Source of the DNA: a virus
Lineage: Duplodnaviria > Caudoviricetes
Virus record (IMG/VR): IMGVR_UViG_3300025445_000001
Location: 1 to 59,643 of that record
DNA length: 59,643 bases
Reading direction: 5' to 3' (one strand)
Shown here in pieces: positions 1 through 9,800 of the stretch. The notes beneath the pieces are model-generated. The model had not been told where the DNA came from. It searched no databases and saw only the letters and a list, made by a program, of their open reading frames with translations. The position numbers and the translations under genes are program-made. Each line of letters begins with the position of its first letter. The stretch's first letter is position 1.

Positions 1-127
1 ATTGTAGGAGGCGCGGCCCTTGGCATTTAGGCCACCTGCGGGATTCTTCCCTTCCTTGCGCTGCCATGCCGGGGACTTAGCCATAGGTATTCTCCAAGCT
101 GCGGGTGCTGATGAACTCCCAGCCATC
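1..127. repeat. Terminal 127-bp direct repeat, left copy (circular assembly overlap)
   Basis: Identical to 59517-59643; ORFs read across the junction. Confidence 0.95.
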
Positions 128-823
128 CTGGGGAAATCCCCCCGACACACCCTTGAGTAGTGTAACCCCGGAGGTCCACATGGCCTGGGCAGGCCCAGCA
201 TACCCTTCTTTTTGCTGCGGGTCAAGGTAGCACCCGGCCACCAGACCCATCATCTTGTGCTTGCCCTTGCGCACCGCCACGTCCCAGATATGAGAGTGGC
301 CCATGATGCATGAGCGGTACTGCTTCTTGAGGAGGGTTGCGGCGGGGTACTCCCCACCCACGCTCTTCCCCATCACGCCCGTGACGAAGTAGTGGGAGGC
401 CGCCATCCCCTTCACCTCGTACTCCTCAAGGAAGGGCACCACCTCCCACCCATGGAGGAAGAGGTTGGAGGTGCTTAGGGTACCCTGCAACTCGGGGACG
501 TTGTCCAGCGCCCTGTCAATGCGGGCCTCGTGGTTCCCCATGAGGAAGACCTTCTTGCCCTTCCACTCCCCCAGGATGCGCAGCGCCACGTTGGCAGCCT
601 CGATGTCGGCAGCTACCGTCCTGCCATCAAAGGAGGCCTTGCGCTTCCCACTCCCCGTGAGGCTACTGCCATCATAGCTGCTGAGGGAGGGCATGTCCGC
701 CAGATCCCCAAGGCAGAGGAGTATGTCGGGGGAGGTGTCCTGCAGGTACTTGAGGAGCCAGCGGAAGCGGCGGGGGTTGACCCCCGGGCGGGCGTGGCTA
801 TCCGGCAGGACGAGGATGTTCAC
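77..823 (-). CDS. Calcineurin-like metallophosphoesterase
   Basis: Motifs DSH, GDLAD, GNHE, SH and GHSH in canonical order; GTG start overlaps the upstream TGA. Confidence 0.85.
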   Translation of the reverse strand: MNILVLPDSHARPGVNPRRFRWLLKYLQDTSPDILLCLGDLADMPSLSSYDGSSLTGSGKRKASFDGRTVAADIEAANVALRILGEWKGKKVFLMGNHEARIDRALDNVPELQGTLSTSNLFLHGWEVVPFLEEYEVKGMAASHYFVTGVMGKSVGGEYPAATLLKKQYRSCIMGHSHIWDVAVRKGKHKMMGLVAGCYLDPQQKEGYAGPAQAMWTSGVTLLKGVSGGFPQDGWEFISTRSLENTYG

Positions 824-2988
824 TTGAAGACCTCCTTGAGACTGGGCAGGTCCTGCTTCTTGTCCCCCAGGATGAGTTTCCAGATGGTGGGACCGATGCC
901 CTCACCGTAGCACCACACGCGGAAGCCCATCTGCTTGGAGTTCTCGAAGAAGTACTGGGCATCCTGCGAGGCGGCAATGAGTTCCCCCGTGCTCCAGAAC
1001 TTCTTGCCGGTCTGCCCGATGGTGATCTCCATGTACTTGGGGCGGCCCTGCTCGTCCTTGGCCTTCTTGTCGATCTGCCCCTCGGGGTAGCAGAAGTCAA
1101 AGCCAAAGAGGTGGAACTCGCTATACCCCAAGGACTGCGCGAGGGAGAGGGCCCTCCACGCAGCACACGTCCCCCCGTTGATGAGGAGGGACCCTTCGGG
1201 AAAGACCTCGCTCTTGATGAGGGCCTGCGTCATCGCATGCCAGCCCCACACGTTCTTGGTCTTTGACATGACGTGCCGGGTGACGCTGGGATCGGACATC
1301 GAGGCCACCAGCACCTTGGTGCTTGGGGGGATATCCTCCATGAGATCCTTGCGTTTGATCCCGTGGGTAGAGATACCGGCAACGTCGCGGGGATCCAGCA
1401 GCACCAGATACTCGGGGTCCACGCCCCAGCTCACCACCGTGGGAAGGGAGTGCTTCACCACCGCGATGTCGGCACCCTCGCGCCACATCTTGATGATCTT
1501 GTCCCTGCGCTTGTGGATGTCGGGGCCCGCCGACACGATGACCAGCTTGCGGTCATGGGGCTTCGCCTTGGTCACCCACCGCGTCAACAGGCCAAGGTTC
1601 TCCTTGACGTTGTTGATGATGTGGTCCTTGGGCATGCAGTCCTGGGCCGTAACCTTGAGGGGCATGGCGCCCATCCCGGCAGCAGGGAGATCCGGGAGAC
1701 CGTCACCCACCGCCGCGATGTTGACGATGCCCCCTCCCTGCACCGCATCCTTGGACTTGTAGACCTTCTTGTCGCGGAGGATGGTGGTGAAGACAGCCTC
1801 CACTCCACGGAACTCGGCAGCGGGGATGCCGCCGTTGTTGTCCGGGGTGTAGTAGTCGTCGAAGACCACGACCGGGACCCGCTTGCATTGCGCCCAATCG
1901 TGTGCGATGGTCGCCGCCGAGTGGCCGCCGTCGAGCCACGCGAAGTCCACGCCCAGCATCTCGCGCAGCGTATCCTTCGTGTCCCCTCGATGGAGATGGA
2001 ACTCGAAGTGCTTGCCCTTCTCCTTCATGGCGGCGGCGAACTCGTTGAGCTTTGCCGTCACCTCGTCGAGGGAGTAGTGCTTCTTGACGTTGTGCTCCTT
2101 GGCGTCGGTATCCGCTGACGCCTCCTCGAAGAGGTCATAGCCGTGATAGACAACGTGATCCCATTTCGCAAACGCGACCTGCGCCATCTGCATAGCACGG
2201 TCACCGTTCCAGGTTCCGGTTTCGAGGATGACTCGTGGCATGTAGTGCTGGACGAGCGCGAGGAGCTGGTCATAGCGGGTCTTGAGGCCCTGGACAACCT
2301 TGGTCTTTCGGTTACCCTTGAGATGTACGAACACGTCGTTGATCGAGCTATGTTCGAAAGCGTCGAGTCCGACATACTCGGGATCGACAAGGTTGTGGGC
2401 TTCAAGCCCGTGAAGCTTGTGAAGCTGGAGGACACGCTCGAAGATGAAGGCGTCGGTCCATTCGCTGTAATTGAAGATCTCCCCGGTCATGTACAGGTCG
2501 TACATGTCGGCGATGAGGGTGCGCCCCTCGTTACCGGCGAAGTAGATGAAGCCGGTCTCGCTGTAGTTGATGCCCTTGCGCCCGAGGTGGGTGATGTGTC
2601 CCTTGCAGATATTGCGCAGCCACTCCAGGGTGAGGGGCTTGCGAGTCACCACGTCCCCGTCGAGCCAGAGGAAGGGGCTCTCGTCCATGGCGGCATCGTG
2701 GAGGGCGAAGACCTTGGCGCAGAACTTCAGTGCATCCAGACGGTAGTTGTATCCCTCAGGGGTTTCCCCATTCTTGTCCGGGTGCAGGGAGCGGAAGGCA
2801 GTGAATCCTTCCACCTCCTCAAGCCTCTTGACGGTGATGGCCCTATGGTCGCATGAGACTTCCGATGGATCCATCCCGTCCACGTAGATGGTGAGGGAGA
2901 TGTTGGAGTCCCACAGGCGCGTGGAATCGAGGAAGTTCTTGCCGTAAAGGTCCCAGCCCTTCGGCCCCCAGGAAGTAACGATTCTCAT
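820..2988 (-). CDS. Three-domain fusion: GT-A glycosyltransferase, class I SAM methyltransferase, Maf/MptE-like (DUF115-type) domain
   Basis: WLDGD DxD motif; ILETGTWNG...GDT...LDGGHS...FDDY; VIVSAGPD...LDP...GGT...LGYSEFHLFGFDFCY. Start moved to 2988 because of the ATGA overlap with the upstream stop. Confidence 0.75.
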   Translation of the reverse strand: MRIVTSWGPKGWDLYGKNFLDSTRLWDSNISLTIYVDGMDPSEVSCDHRAITVKRLEEVEGFTAFRSLHPDKNGETPEGYNYRLDALKFCAKVFALHDAAMDESPFLWLDGDVVTRKPLTLEWLRNICKGHITHLGRKGINYSETGFIYFAGNEGRTLIADMYDLYMTGEIFNYSEWTDAFIFERVLQLHKLHGLEAHNLVDPEYVGLDAFEHSSINDVFVHLKGNRKTKVVQGLKTRYDQLLALVQHYMPRVILETGTWNGDRAMQMAQVAFAKWDHVVYHGYDLFEEASADTDAKEHNVKKHYSLDEVTAKLNEFAAAMKEKGKHFEFHLHRGDTKDTLREMLGVDFAWLDGGHSAATIAHDWAQCKRVPVVVFDDYYTPDNNGGIPAAEFRGVEAVFTTILRDKKVYKSKDAVQGGGIVNIAAVGDGLPDLPAAGMGAMPLKVTAQDCMPKDHIINNVKENLGLLTRWVTKAKPHDRKLVIVSAGPDIHKRRDKIIKMWREGADIAVVKHSLPTVVSWGVDPEYLVLLDPRDVAGISTHGIKRKDLMEDIPPSTKVLVASMSDPSVTRHVMSKTKNVWGWHAMTQALIKSEVFPEGSLLINGGTCAAWRALSLAQSLGYSEFHLFGFDFCYPEGQIDKKAKDEQGRPKYMEITIGQTGKKFWSTGELIAASQDAQYFFENSKQMGFRVWCYGEGIGPTIWKLILGDKKQDLPSLKEVFK

Positions 2989-3746
2989 TTGTAGAGGTCC
3001 ACCACATGTTTCCAGTTGAAGAACTCGTGTTCGACAAGACGGCGCTCTGCCTGCCAAGCGGCAGCGTAGGGGACATCCTTGTAGTTGGCGAACCACGGGC
3101 CCCCGTCAGTGAAATGCACAGCCTTCGGGCTCTCGTAAGAGTAGCGCGTGGTGGGACTGTGGTATGGAAGCCAGTTCCACGTCTCGTCGATTTCCCCTAT
3201 GGAGTCCGTCCACTCGAAACCGTGCAGCCACGACCCCTTCTGTGTGTTGACTGCTTCGAGGTCCAGCTTCCGGCAGTGGGGGTGCAGCGGATTCAGAACC
3301 ATGAGGGAGGACCACAGTTTACGCTGGTACTGCGTCTGCGCCACCCCGTCCATCTTGACGGTTTCTTTGGGAACAAACTTGTGCTTCACCACCGAGACTG
3401 CCACATCGGGGTCGCAGAACTGGAGCATCTTCTTGATGTCATCGAAGAAGAGGAAGTCGCAGTCCACGAAGACCACCAGGTCCTCTATTCCATGCCGCTG
3501 GGCGATGTGAGGCACAAGGAAGCGCGAGAAGGAGAACTCCGTAGAGAACGGCTTCCCGTCCCCCACGTCGATCATCTGGTTGCCTTCCCGATAAGATGTG
3601 CGCCAGTACTTCCCTGCAGCCTTGAGGGAATCCAGCTTGAGGGGGGTGACAATGCAGGGGACGCTACAATGCCGCTTGATGCTATGCGCGGCTACCTTGT
3701 AGGCGATGTCCTCCCGAGAGTCATAGCCAATGAAGATGTGCAGCAT
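2985..3746 (-). CDS. GT8-like (CDI-type) nucleotide-sugar glycosyltransferase
   Basis: IFIGYDSRE, STEFSFSRFLVP, FVDCDFL (DxD), KLWSSLM, HFTDGGPWF. Confidence 0.85.
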   Translation of the reverse strand: MLHIFIGYDSREDIAYKVAAHSIKRHCSVPCIVTPLKLDSLKAAGKYWRTSYREGNQMIDVGDGKPFSTEFSFSRFLVPHIAQRHGIEDLVVFVDCDFLFFDDIKKMLQFCDPDVAVSVVKHKFVPKETVKMDGVAQTQYQRKLWSSLMVLNPLHPHCRKLDLEAVNTQKGSWLHGFEWTDSIGEIDETWNWLPYHSPTTRYSYESPKAVHFTDGGPWFANYKDVPYAAAWQAERRLVEHEFFNWKHVVDLYK

Positions 3747-3752
3747 CTCTGA

Positions 3753-3781
3753 ATACTAGGAGGCCGCACACTGCAAGTCAA
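3753..3781 (-). promoter_or_regulatory. Sigma-70-type promoter, probably leaderless, for the glycosyltransferase operon
   Basis: TTGACT-N17-TAGTAT-N6-ATG(3746); no Shine-Dalgarno. Confidence 0.7.
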
Positions 3782-3927
3782 GACTTTTTGTTGAAGAGGT
3801 CGAAGAGGGTCTTGATCTTCTCTTCTACCACGGCCAACCTGTTGTCCATCTTGGCAAGGAGAATGACGAGGGTGACGAACCCCAGGCCCAAGGGCCAGAG
3901 GCGCGATACGATCTCGATGAAGTCCAT
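3778..3927 (-). CDS. Small single-TM protein (49 aa), not in the ORF track
   Basis: MDFIEIVSRLWPLALGFVTLVILLAKMDNRLAVVEEKIKTLFDLFNKKS; GAGGA RBS and TAATG overlap with the upstream stop. Confidence 0.7.
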   Translation of the reverse strand: MDFIEIVSRLWPLGLGFVTLVILLAKMDNRLAVVEEKIKTLFDLFNKKS

Positions 3928-6812
3928 TATTCCTCCCGTAGCCTGCGAGCGTACTCGGGGCGCACGGACTTCGGCACGTCCTCAAGGTTCTGCGGACGAC
4001 GGTACTCCTGCACCTTCTTGGCGATGCTCTTCTGGAAGGAGTCGGGATCCTGGACGATGCGGTCCCTGAGGGGCCTGCCCTTGTCGTATTGGGCAACCTC
4101 TCGCCGCAGGCGCTGGGCCTCCTGCCTGTAGGAGGGATCCCCGGTCTCCAGGGCACGAGCCTGTGCGGTGGCGATGCTATCCGCATAGGACTTGCGTATG
4201 CGGTCCATGCGCTGGCCCAGATCCTTGGTCTCTTCCTTGGCTTCGCGGGCCTTGGCCACCTCGGTGGGGGTGAAGCCCACGGCCACCTTGCCGAAGTCCC
4301 GGACGCCCTGCAGCTCCTTGGCGGGGAGAACGGGCTCCATCTTGCCAGGGGTAACGTAGCCAAGTTCCTGCATGGTGACGGCGCGGGCCACGTTGCGGAA
4401 GGCCACGGGCAGCAGGGAGGCAAGCGCCATGAGGGGCATGCCCTTCTGCTGGTACTTGTAGGCTTCCTCGGCACCACCCACCACCGCGCCCATGAGGGGA
4501 CCCATGTTCATGAGGTCCATGGTGAGCATGTTGTTGAGGTTGAGGTCGAGGGCCGTCCTCTTGGATATGTCAACACCAAGGGCACGGAAGGGCCCGTTGA
4601 GCACGTAGTCGGCCAGCTCCGCCGGGGTACCCATGAAGCTGAGGGAGGGCACCTCCTTGAAGAACTGCTGCATGGTTTCCCGGAGCTGGGACTTCAAGGC
4701 CGTGGGGCTCATGCCAAGGTAGGGGCCCACCATGTTGGTGAGCTTGTCGATGAGGTCCCCGGCAGGTCCAGCGAAGGGCAGGCCCCACAGCCCCGCCGTG
4801 GCAAACACCCCCAGGAGCATGAGGCCAAGGACCTTCTTGCCCTCGTCGGTGGACATGATGCCCTTGCCACCGTAGTACTCGGCGGCTCGGCGCATGAAGC
4901 CCAGCATCTTGAAGGGGAAGGTGGCGAACTGGAAGACGAGGCCCGGGACAAGGCCGTGCATGTACTGGGCACGGAAGGGTTTCGACATGGAGAACTGGGT
5001 TTCCTCCACGGCGAACTTGGCCGCATCCACCCGGTCATTGACCTCCTGCCCCACGTTCCTGGCGAACTTCTGGATGCGCTGGAAGGCAGCCTCGTTCTTC
5101 GCCATGCGGTATGCAGCAAGGGCGGTGCTGAGACGGTTGATCTGCTCGGCCATGGAGAAGGGCAGCGAGAAGGCTTCGAGGACCTTGCCCGCCTTCTGGC
5201 CCAGCCCGTAGACGGATTCGATCTGGGACTGCGCGAGGAGGGAGCCAGCCTGGTCACGAGTGAGGAGGGCTTCCGCGTAGCCGCTGCGGAAAAGCTCCTT
5301 GATCATTTCCTTCTCGTCCTGCGTGACACCCGACATCTTGTCCACGTCGAGGATCTTGTCGGGATCCAGGGAGAACTTGATGTTGCGCATGATGGTGGTG
5401 GTGGCGATGCTGAGTTCCTTCACCGCATTGCCCGTGCCGCCCACGCCCCCGAGGAAGGGCACCGTGGTGTGCAGGAGCTGGGTGAGGTTGACCAGCGCGG
5501 AGGACAGGTTACCGCCAAGGGTATAGAGGAAAGCCACGCTCTTGAGCTTGGCCACGAGGGCCTCGTTGCTGTGGAGGTACTGCTCCTGCTTCTCCGCGAT
5601 GATGCGCAGCTTGGGATCCTGGATCTTGGAGATAGCAGCCCGGCGGGTTCCCTCCGTGGCCTTGTTGGCAATCCAGTCCGTCATCTGGTAGGAGAAGGGC
5701 GCGAAGGTACTGCGGAAGTAGGTATCGTAGTTGTCCTCGCGCAGCCATCCGGGGATGTTGTACCTCTTGCGCAGGCGCGGCTGCTTGCGCTTCTCGGCCT
5801 CCACCTTCATGCGCTTGAGGATGTCCGCCACCTGCTTCTGCGGATCATTCTTGTTGGGCGTCATGATGGCCTGGAAGAGAACGTCGATGCGGTCCATCTC
5901 GTTGCTGGAGGGCAGGTACAGGTCGTAGAGTTCCTGCTCGGCCTGCAGGTCCCTGAGCTTGATGGTCTGTACGCCTTCCTTCTTGAGCTGGGCCATGCGC
6001 GCCTCGGCCTTGGCGCGGGAACTCTTGAGGGCGGGGAACCTGTCGAGGGCGGGAAGTCCGTCAGCCAGCACCGAGTCATACGCCTCGATGTGCTTCTGGT
6101 CCCCGATGTAGTACTCCACCGCCCATGCACCACGGCGCACCTGCGGGAAGTAGCCCTTGCGTCTGGCGTTCTCGATGCTGCGCAGCACGGAGGCGGCAGC
6201 CATGTTGTCGTCCTTGAGCTTCTGGGTCTCCTCCTCGTTGCGTCCCTGCACGGGGAGGTTCTCGATGTCGCTGATGGACATCGCAGGGTCGAAGCCGAGG
6301 GAGGCCTTGACGGAGGATATGACGTTGTCGTAGATGTCGTCAAGGATGACTCGCACCTCGCGCCGCAGTGCGTTGAGTTCTTTTGGCAGAGTGACGATGT
6401 CCCCCGTCTTCGATCCCACGTGGTCCTCGGTGGCGACGATGGAGGCGCTGCCATCGGGGTTCTCCGTGGCCAGGGTCTCCTCGGCGTTCTCGATCTCCAG
6501 CATGCGCATCATGTCGCGGGACTGCTTGGAGGAGAGCGCCGCCACCTTGCGCATCACGGGCTGGTACCTGTGCCCCATGCGCGCGCGCAGTTCTTCGCCC
6601 AGCTTGAGGGCCTTGACATAGGGACGCAAGGCCGGGAAGCGCGTGGCCAGGTTGTCGATGCTGATGAAGCCGCTGAGGTAACGCTGCGCGTTGCTCATGA
6701 GCTTCAGCAGGGAGGGCTGCAGGTGGCCAGCTTCGATGAGGGAGCGAAGCTCCACCACCTTGGCGAGGGTATTGTCGATGACCCCAGAGCGGGCCGGATT
6801 GCATACCGTCAT
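3927..6812 (-). CDS. Large internal virion/ejection-type protein (961 aa)
   Basis: Helical protein with a hydrophobic segment (LMLLGVFATAGLWGLPF); last gene of the internal-protein block. Confidence 0.65.
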   Translation of the reverse strand: MTVCNPARSGVIDNTLAKVVELRSLIEAGHLQPSLLKLMSNAQRYLSGFISIDNLATRFPALRPYVKALKLGEELRARMGHRYQPVMRKVAALSSKQSRDMMRMLEIENAEETLATENPDGSASIVATEDHVGSKTGDIVTLPKELNALRREVRVILDDIYDNVISSVKASLGFDPAMSISDIENLPVQGRNEEETQKLKDDNMAAASVLRSIENARRKGYFPQVRRGAWAVEYYIGDQKHIEAYDSVLADGLPALDRFPALKSSRAKAEARMAQLKKEGVQTIKLRDLQAEQELYDLYLPSSNEMDRIDVLFQAIMTPNKNDPQKQVADILKRMKVEAEKRKQPRLRKRYNIPGWLREDNYDTYFRSTFAPFSYQMTDWIANKATEGTRRAAISKIQDPKLRIIAEKQEQYLHSNEALVAKLKSVAFLYTLGGNLSSALVNLTQLLHTTVPFLGGVGGTGNAVKELSIATTTIMRNIKFSLDPDKILDVDKMSGVTQDEKEMIKELFRSGYAEALLTRDQAGSLLAQSQIESVYGLGQKAGKVLEAFSLPFSMAEQINRLSTALAAYRMAKNEAAFQRIQKFARNVGQEVNDRVDAAKFAVEETQFSMSKPFRAQYMHGLVPGLVFQFATFPFKMLGFMRRAAEYYGGKGIMSTDEGKKVLGLMLLGVFATAGLWGLPFAGPAGDLIDKLTNMVGPYLGMSPTALKSQLRETMQQFFKEVPSLSFMGTPAELADYVLNGPFRALGVDISKRTALDLNLNNMLTMDLMNMGPLMGAVVGGAEEAYKYQQKGMPLMALASLLPVAFRNVARAVTMQELGYVTPGKMEPVLPAKELQGVRDFGKVAVGFTPTEVAKAREAKEETKDLGQRMDRIRKSYADSIATAQARALETGDPSYRQEAQRLRREVAQYDKGRPLRDRIVQDPDSFQKSIAKKVQEYRRPQNLEDVPKSVRPEYARRLREE

Positions 6813-6815
6813 GTC

Positions 6816-9800
6816 TTACCCACAGGAGATATCTTCGGCAAAGGCTTCACCCCCACGCATCTGCTTGTCGAAGCGTTGCTGCATGGTATCCACGATCTTG
6901 CGGCTGTCCTCAGGGAAATCCTCGGGCAGGATGAGACCGGGGACTTCCCCCTTCTCCTGGTCCCGCATGAAGTCAACGAGGCTGCCGGGTGCTATCCGTC
7001 GAGTTTCGGCAGCGGGAGCTTCCTCTTGCGCCTCTCCTGCAGTGCGGCCTGGAAGTCCCTCTGGGCGTCCTGCTTCTCCCGAGAGGGAGGAAGGGTCTTC
7101 AGTTCCCGCCAGAATTCGCTCAAGACCTCCGGGGGACCCAAGGGATTGGGCATATCGATAGTATACGCCCCTGTAATCTTTTCCTGCATCGAATGCTTTC
7201 CTTAGTTTGGATTCCTCTTGGGGGTAATTGTCAAAATGCTTTTCAAGCCAGGTCTCGGCTTCAGCGGCAAAGTCATCCAGTATCTTGTCTACGTTCAAGT
7301 TGTACTTGCGGTAGAACTTTTCCAAGTCGGAGAAGCTCCCGCCGGGAGTATCCTCCAACGCTTCAGTGTAGTGGATCATGCCGGTGCGGGCAAGCATCAA
7401 GTTGGCTAGGCGAGTTGCAAACTCCCAGCGCCTTCCGTCATCAGCAACTCCATCTGCCAAGTCAGGAGTGATCTTTATTGAGGTATCATAAGCCATCATG
7501 CTCAGCGTACCCATGGGAATGTAGTAGTCAACGCCCATGAGTTCGTTGGGCTTGATTGCAAAATACGTGTTGCCATCAATGCTTCTGACTGCATTGACCC
7601 TTTGATATCTCCTGCCATCACCGGAAAAATTACGAAGGTCGCCCTTTGAAAAGGATGTGTTGTCAGGATGAGAGTGTACGTACATGGCCTTGTTGGTGGG
7701 ATCCAGCAATTGCCTTGCAATCTTGTCGCCCGAGTACACCGAAGAGGTGTTGCCGTCCGTGACAACGTCGATCAGTCCTCCGTTCACGTCAACTGCAAAA
7801 GCATGTTCCTTGCCTGTGCGCCGAGTTTCCGAAGAAAGATACGCAAGCATGTTCTTCGCATTGGTATCAAACGGAAGGTTCTTGCGGTACACGTACAGAG
7901 CTGCTTCATTGCGCAGCTTGCTGCCGAACAGGACATTCTTTCTACCGAGAGGAAGCTCGCCCGGCCAACCTGCCCAAGTATCTGACGCGATGGTAGGTTT
8001 CTCGCTTGGAATGCGATCCACCACAAGCGTATTGTTTCTGGCAAGTAGGAGTTCAATCTCCTTCAAGTACGAAGCGTACTTGTCAAGATTGAGTTCCGGA
8101 ATAGCTTTGAGGATCTGGTCTTTGCCTACAACCTTTACGTCAAATACTTTGCTGTTGTCGTCAAGAATGCGTGCAACATCTTTGGGAATTATCTTGATGG
8201 GCTTGCCTTCAGTGATGGCTCCCAGGATGCCTTGCTTTCTAAAGTACTCCCTAATTGCGAAACGTTGTCCAATGTTGGCGATATCGTCTATCTCGGCCAA
8301 GGAGACGATCTTTTCCCCAAAAATCTTTTCGTTGAGCGCGACGTTATCTTTGAGTTCCTGTGGGACAGGATCCTCTACGACCGCTGCTCCCAGGGATCGC
8401 AGGTACGCGGCAATTGTTTCGACATCCCCATCCTGCCTGAGGGAAGGGGGCACCTTCTCAAGTCTTTGCTTGATCTGATCGTAGGTGGCAAACTTTTCCC
8501 TGTTGACTATAGCCACGAGACGTTGAATATTGTAGTCTTCAAGTAGCGGGTTTGCCGGTTTGATTGCAGGAACTTCCTGTGCCGGTGGAACTTCGGGTGC
8601 AGCAGGCTTAGGTGGTGGAGTCTCTGCCGCAGGGGTTGAAGGCTCCGGCGTTGGAGGCGTATCCACGATAGCGATGCCTGCCGAACTCAGCTCCTGCAGA
8701 AACGCTTCAATCGTTTCGACAGATACCTTTTCGAGATTCGGGACAGAAGCATTGATCTCGTCAAAAGTTATATAGCCGCGCTGCTTTCCGAGATCATAGA
8801 GGGTCTTCAAGCCTGGATCGTCCAGCGGGGAAGCCACGGGTGTCGGGGCAGGCGGCTCGACTTGCACCGGAGCGGGTGTCGGGGCAACAGCCGTGGGTGC
8901 CGGGGTAACCTGAGTCGGGGGTTCCGGGGCTACGGGCTGCGCTGCAGGCTGGGTGGCGGGGATGTTCCCCGTGCCTGGCCAGGTGTTGTTGGAGATGATG
9001 TCGTAGGCTTCCTTGCCCGACATGGTCTCGATGTCGGAGGGCTCGTAGCCCATCGCGAAGAGACGCTGGCGCATCTTGCGATCCACCTGCATCGGCTCCA
9101 CGCGCTGCCAGTAGGGGCCCTTCTGTACGACGAGGCCTTCCCGCTCAAGCATCTTGAAGAGCTTGGGCACGGAGGTGGGATCCTGGATCTCCCGGCCCAG
9201 TGCCTTTTCAAGCCACCGCTTCTGCAGCTTGGTGTCGGGCTTCTCCGCGTTGAGGGCCTCGGCCAGCTTGGGATCGCGGCGAACGTCGAAGGCTTCCTTC
9301 TCGGCATCAGTGGTGAAGCGGAAGAAGGCACCCTTCTGCACCACCTCGCCCTCTGCCACGAGGCGCGCAAGGACTTCCTTGTTCTGCTCCGGAGTGGTTT
9401 GCAGGCCAAGCTCTGCAAGGAACCCGGGAGTGAACATCTGGTTGGCATCCCGAGTACCCTTGTTGGTAGTGGGGATGTTCTCAAGTACGGTGCTGTAGAT
9501 CTCGGAGATGGCATCAGGAGCGGGACCCTTGGGCACGGGAGGCGGGGTCTCGTTCATGAACTCGTAGGCGCCGATCTCCGGGATGTCCTTGATGATCTCG
9601 GGATCTTCGTCCAGGGAGAGCTTGATGTAACGCTCGAACTCCTGGGGGCTCATGTTGACAAGGGCGCCTTCCTCATCGGTGCTGAGGTTCTGGCGCATGG
9701 CCAGCTTGCGCTTGATCTTGTCCGTGATGGGAGCCTCGGGACCCAGCAGCTTGGCGGGGTCGTACTCCCGCGCAGCGGCATAGGCCTCGGGGAGCTGCAC

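Noticed and set aside
2989-3096. Long N-terminal extensions in the ORF track (also 37915-38178, 58327-58437, 12828-12950, 48287-48664)
   Set aside because: Downstream ATGs have RBS, promoter or stop-start overlap support and match family starts
4089-7205. 1038-aa plus-strand ORF and other long antisense ORFs (8862-10616, 30074-32689, 32319-34196, 34509-36029, 43130-44917)
   Set aside because: They shadow well-supported genes on the opposite strand, lack motifs, and are expected from GC-rich codon bias
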